Source: Yuukianura sp. NJ FZ-2021
Taxonomy: Eukaryota
Direction: 5' to 3'
NCBI GenBank assembly: GCA_046563655.1
Contig: CM102285.1
Coordinates: 12,710,001 to 12,774,000 of the forward strand
DNA: 64,000 nucleotides
Shown here: positions 62,610 to 64,000 of the stretch, piece by piece
How the letters are laid out: the number at the start of each line of letters is the position of its first letter
How positions within the stretch are numbered: the stretch's first letter is position 1
Translations under genes and position numbers: made by a program
The notes under the pieces: generated by a model
The model's database searches: none
Seen by the model: the letters and a program-made list of their open reading frames with translations, nothing else
Told to the model about the DNA's origin: nothing

Positions 62610-64000
62610 TTTTTAATTTTAAAAACACAAATCTCTTAATCCAAAAACCAATTTGAAATTCAATTCTAGATTTTCTACTGTTTTGGCACAAACTAATCCA
62701 AAAGATGCAACTTTTGTGAAAGAGAAGCACAAACCAAGGAAGACAGGAAACTTTTTTGGTAAATACTAAAGTTTCCTTGTGACCACGAGAATTAATTATG
62801 GTCTTTCTAATTATTTTTTGTCCTGTTTCCAGCAGATTACCTCAAAAACTGACACAAAAAGATGATTACTCATAGCCTTGAAGCTAACCGATGTTGAGGA
62901 AGTTCCTATCTTACATGAACATGACATACATCTAAGCATCACTGACCTTGTGATGAAAATGAACTTTGCATCACACAAGCCTGCCTTGTCTGATGCTTTG
63001 TCCTTTGGTTTATGCAACTTTCTTGGACTTTGTTTGCTCAATTTCAGGTTTTTCCTTTCGAAATTACAAAATTTAAAGGCATCAGAGCGTAAAAGCATAA
63101 AATTAACATGGAAATGGTAAAACACAGGCCTAATTGTGGGAAATTGCTCCAGGGCAAGCAAAAGTTGCAGTTTCCAAAAAGGAGCAAAAAAGATGAGAAA
63201 GTGTTTTTCTAACTTTTTTTTTTCAGTAAAACAGCTTTGCAGAAAAACTTTTAAAAAAACACAATTTGGATCAAAATACAACTTTTAGATAAAAAATGAT
63301 GAAAAATTTGTAGTGTTCAACATGAAAAGTAGGAATTTTTCAGTTTGTTTTCGACTTTTGAAATGAAATTTTGAAATTACGCATTTCGCTTCAAGTTTTT
63401 GTTAAGTTTGGTCCTTCTTCCTGCTGCGTCCTGCCTAATTTTTGTTTGAAAACTTTCTTCTGTTTTTGACAAAGGAGAAAGTTAGGTTTATGGAAGAAAG
63501 TGTATAGAGACGTCCCAATCCCATTGTCTTCTTAGGGTGACAATGACAACGCTGGAGCGGATGCTATTTATAAAATTCTTTGAAGATTGTGCGACCTTTT
63601 TTTGAAAAATGAAGAATGTGAACTTTCTCCGCTTTTTCTATTTTGTTGAGCACAAAAGGTTCAATTTCCGCTTTGTCTTACCACAGCAGAACGTGTGGAC
63701 TTGATTAGAAAGGAAGTGGGACAGTGGAGGAAGCGAGAGCTAAGCACCACGGCCTTCCTACAAATCTGAAGGACGACAATTATACTGAAAAGGGGCCCGG
63801 CCCTGATCATGTCACATTTAATCACCAAGGGACCGCTTTTGACCCTTAAATCCCTTCACAAACAAAAATTTCGTTAAAAATTTTGTCTTTCGGAAAAATT
63901 CTTCCGACAAAGTTCGGAAGAGTCTCTGGAGAAAGGTCACTTCCAGCTAACGGTCAGTCAAAATCCGAATTTCTAAAATTCGAATTGGCCCGGGGGTTCT

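Noticed and set aside
62811..63281. 156-aa ORF as a gene
   Set aside because: Non-ATG start, low-complexity Phe/Lys composition from AT-rich DNA, no recognisable motif

Overview
Gene-dense, AT-rich eukaryotic DNA with many short GT-AG introns, so the ORF track shows only exon fragments. The gene content, TTAGG motifs and a Sec-type thioredoxin reductase suggest a non-insect arthropod, possibly a springtail-like hexapod (inference only). About 22 spliced genes were reconstructed by eye: annexin (3' part), FAM91A1, a GQSAG carboxylesterase, KCTD9 with a hidden 4-exon ORF just upstream, three tandem GT49/B4GAT1-like glycosyltransferases, a protein with an intermediate-filament coil, an SLC7 transporter, AAMP, GCSH, malate synthase, isocitrate lyase, a Cys-domain mucin, an orphan, UBA5, a CD36/SR-B receptor, a serine protease, MSH5, TrxR, GMPPA, DPM1 and a CaaX-ending orphan. 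The main finding is a head-to-head pair of bacterial-type glyoxylate-shunt genes (aceB and aceA). Both have spliceosomal introns and N-terminal presequence-like extensions, and HNF4-type DR1 motifs cluster between them and in the first aceA intron, which looks like a domesticated, probably horizontally acquired animal glyoxylate cycle. Other highlights are a selenoprotein TrxR with an unusual N-C-U-A tail and a type II SECIS, a probable bicistronic locus (upstream stop 8 nt before the KCTD9 ATG), and a lamin-derived, CaaX-less IF-like protein. Exon boundaries and family calls come from reading the sequence and recalling motifs; no database searches were run.
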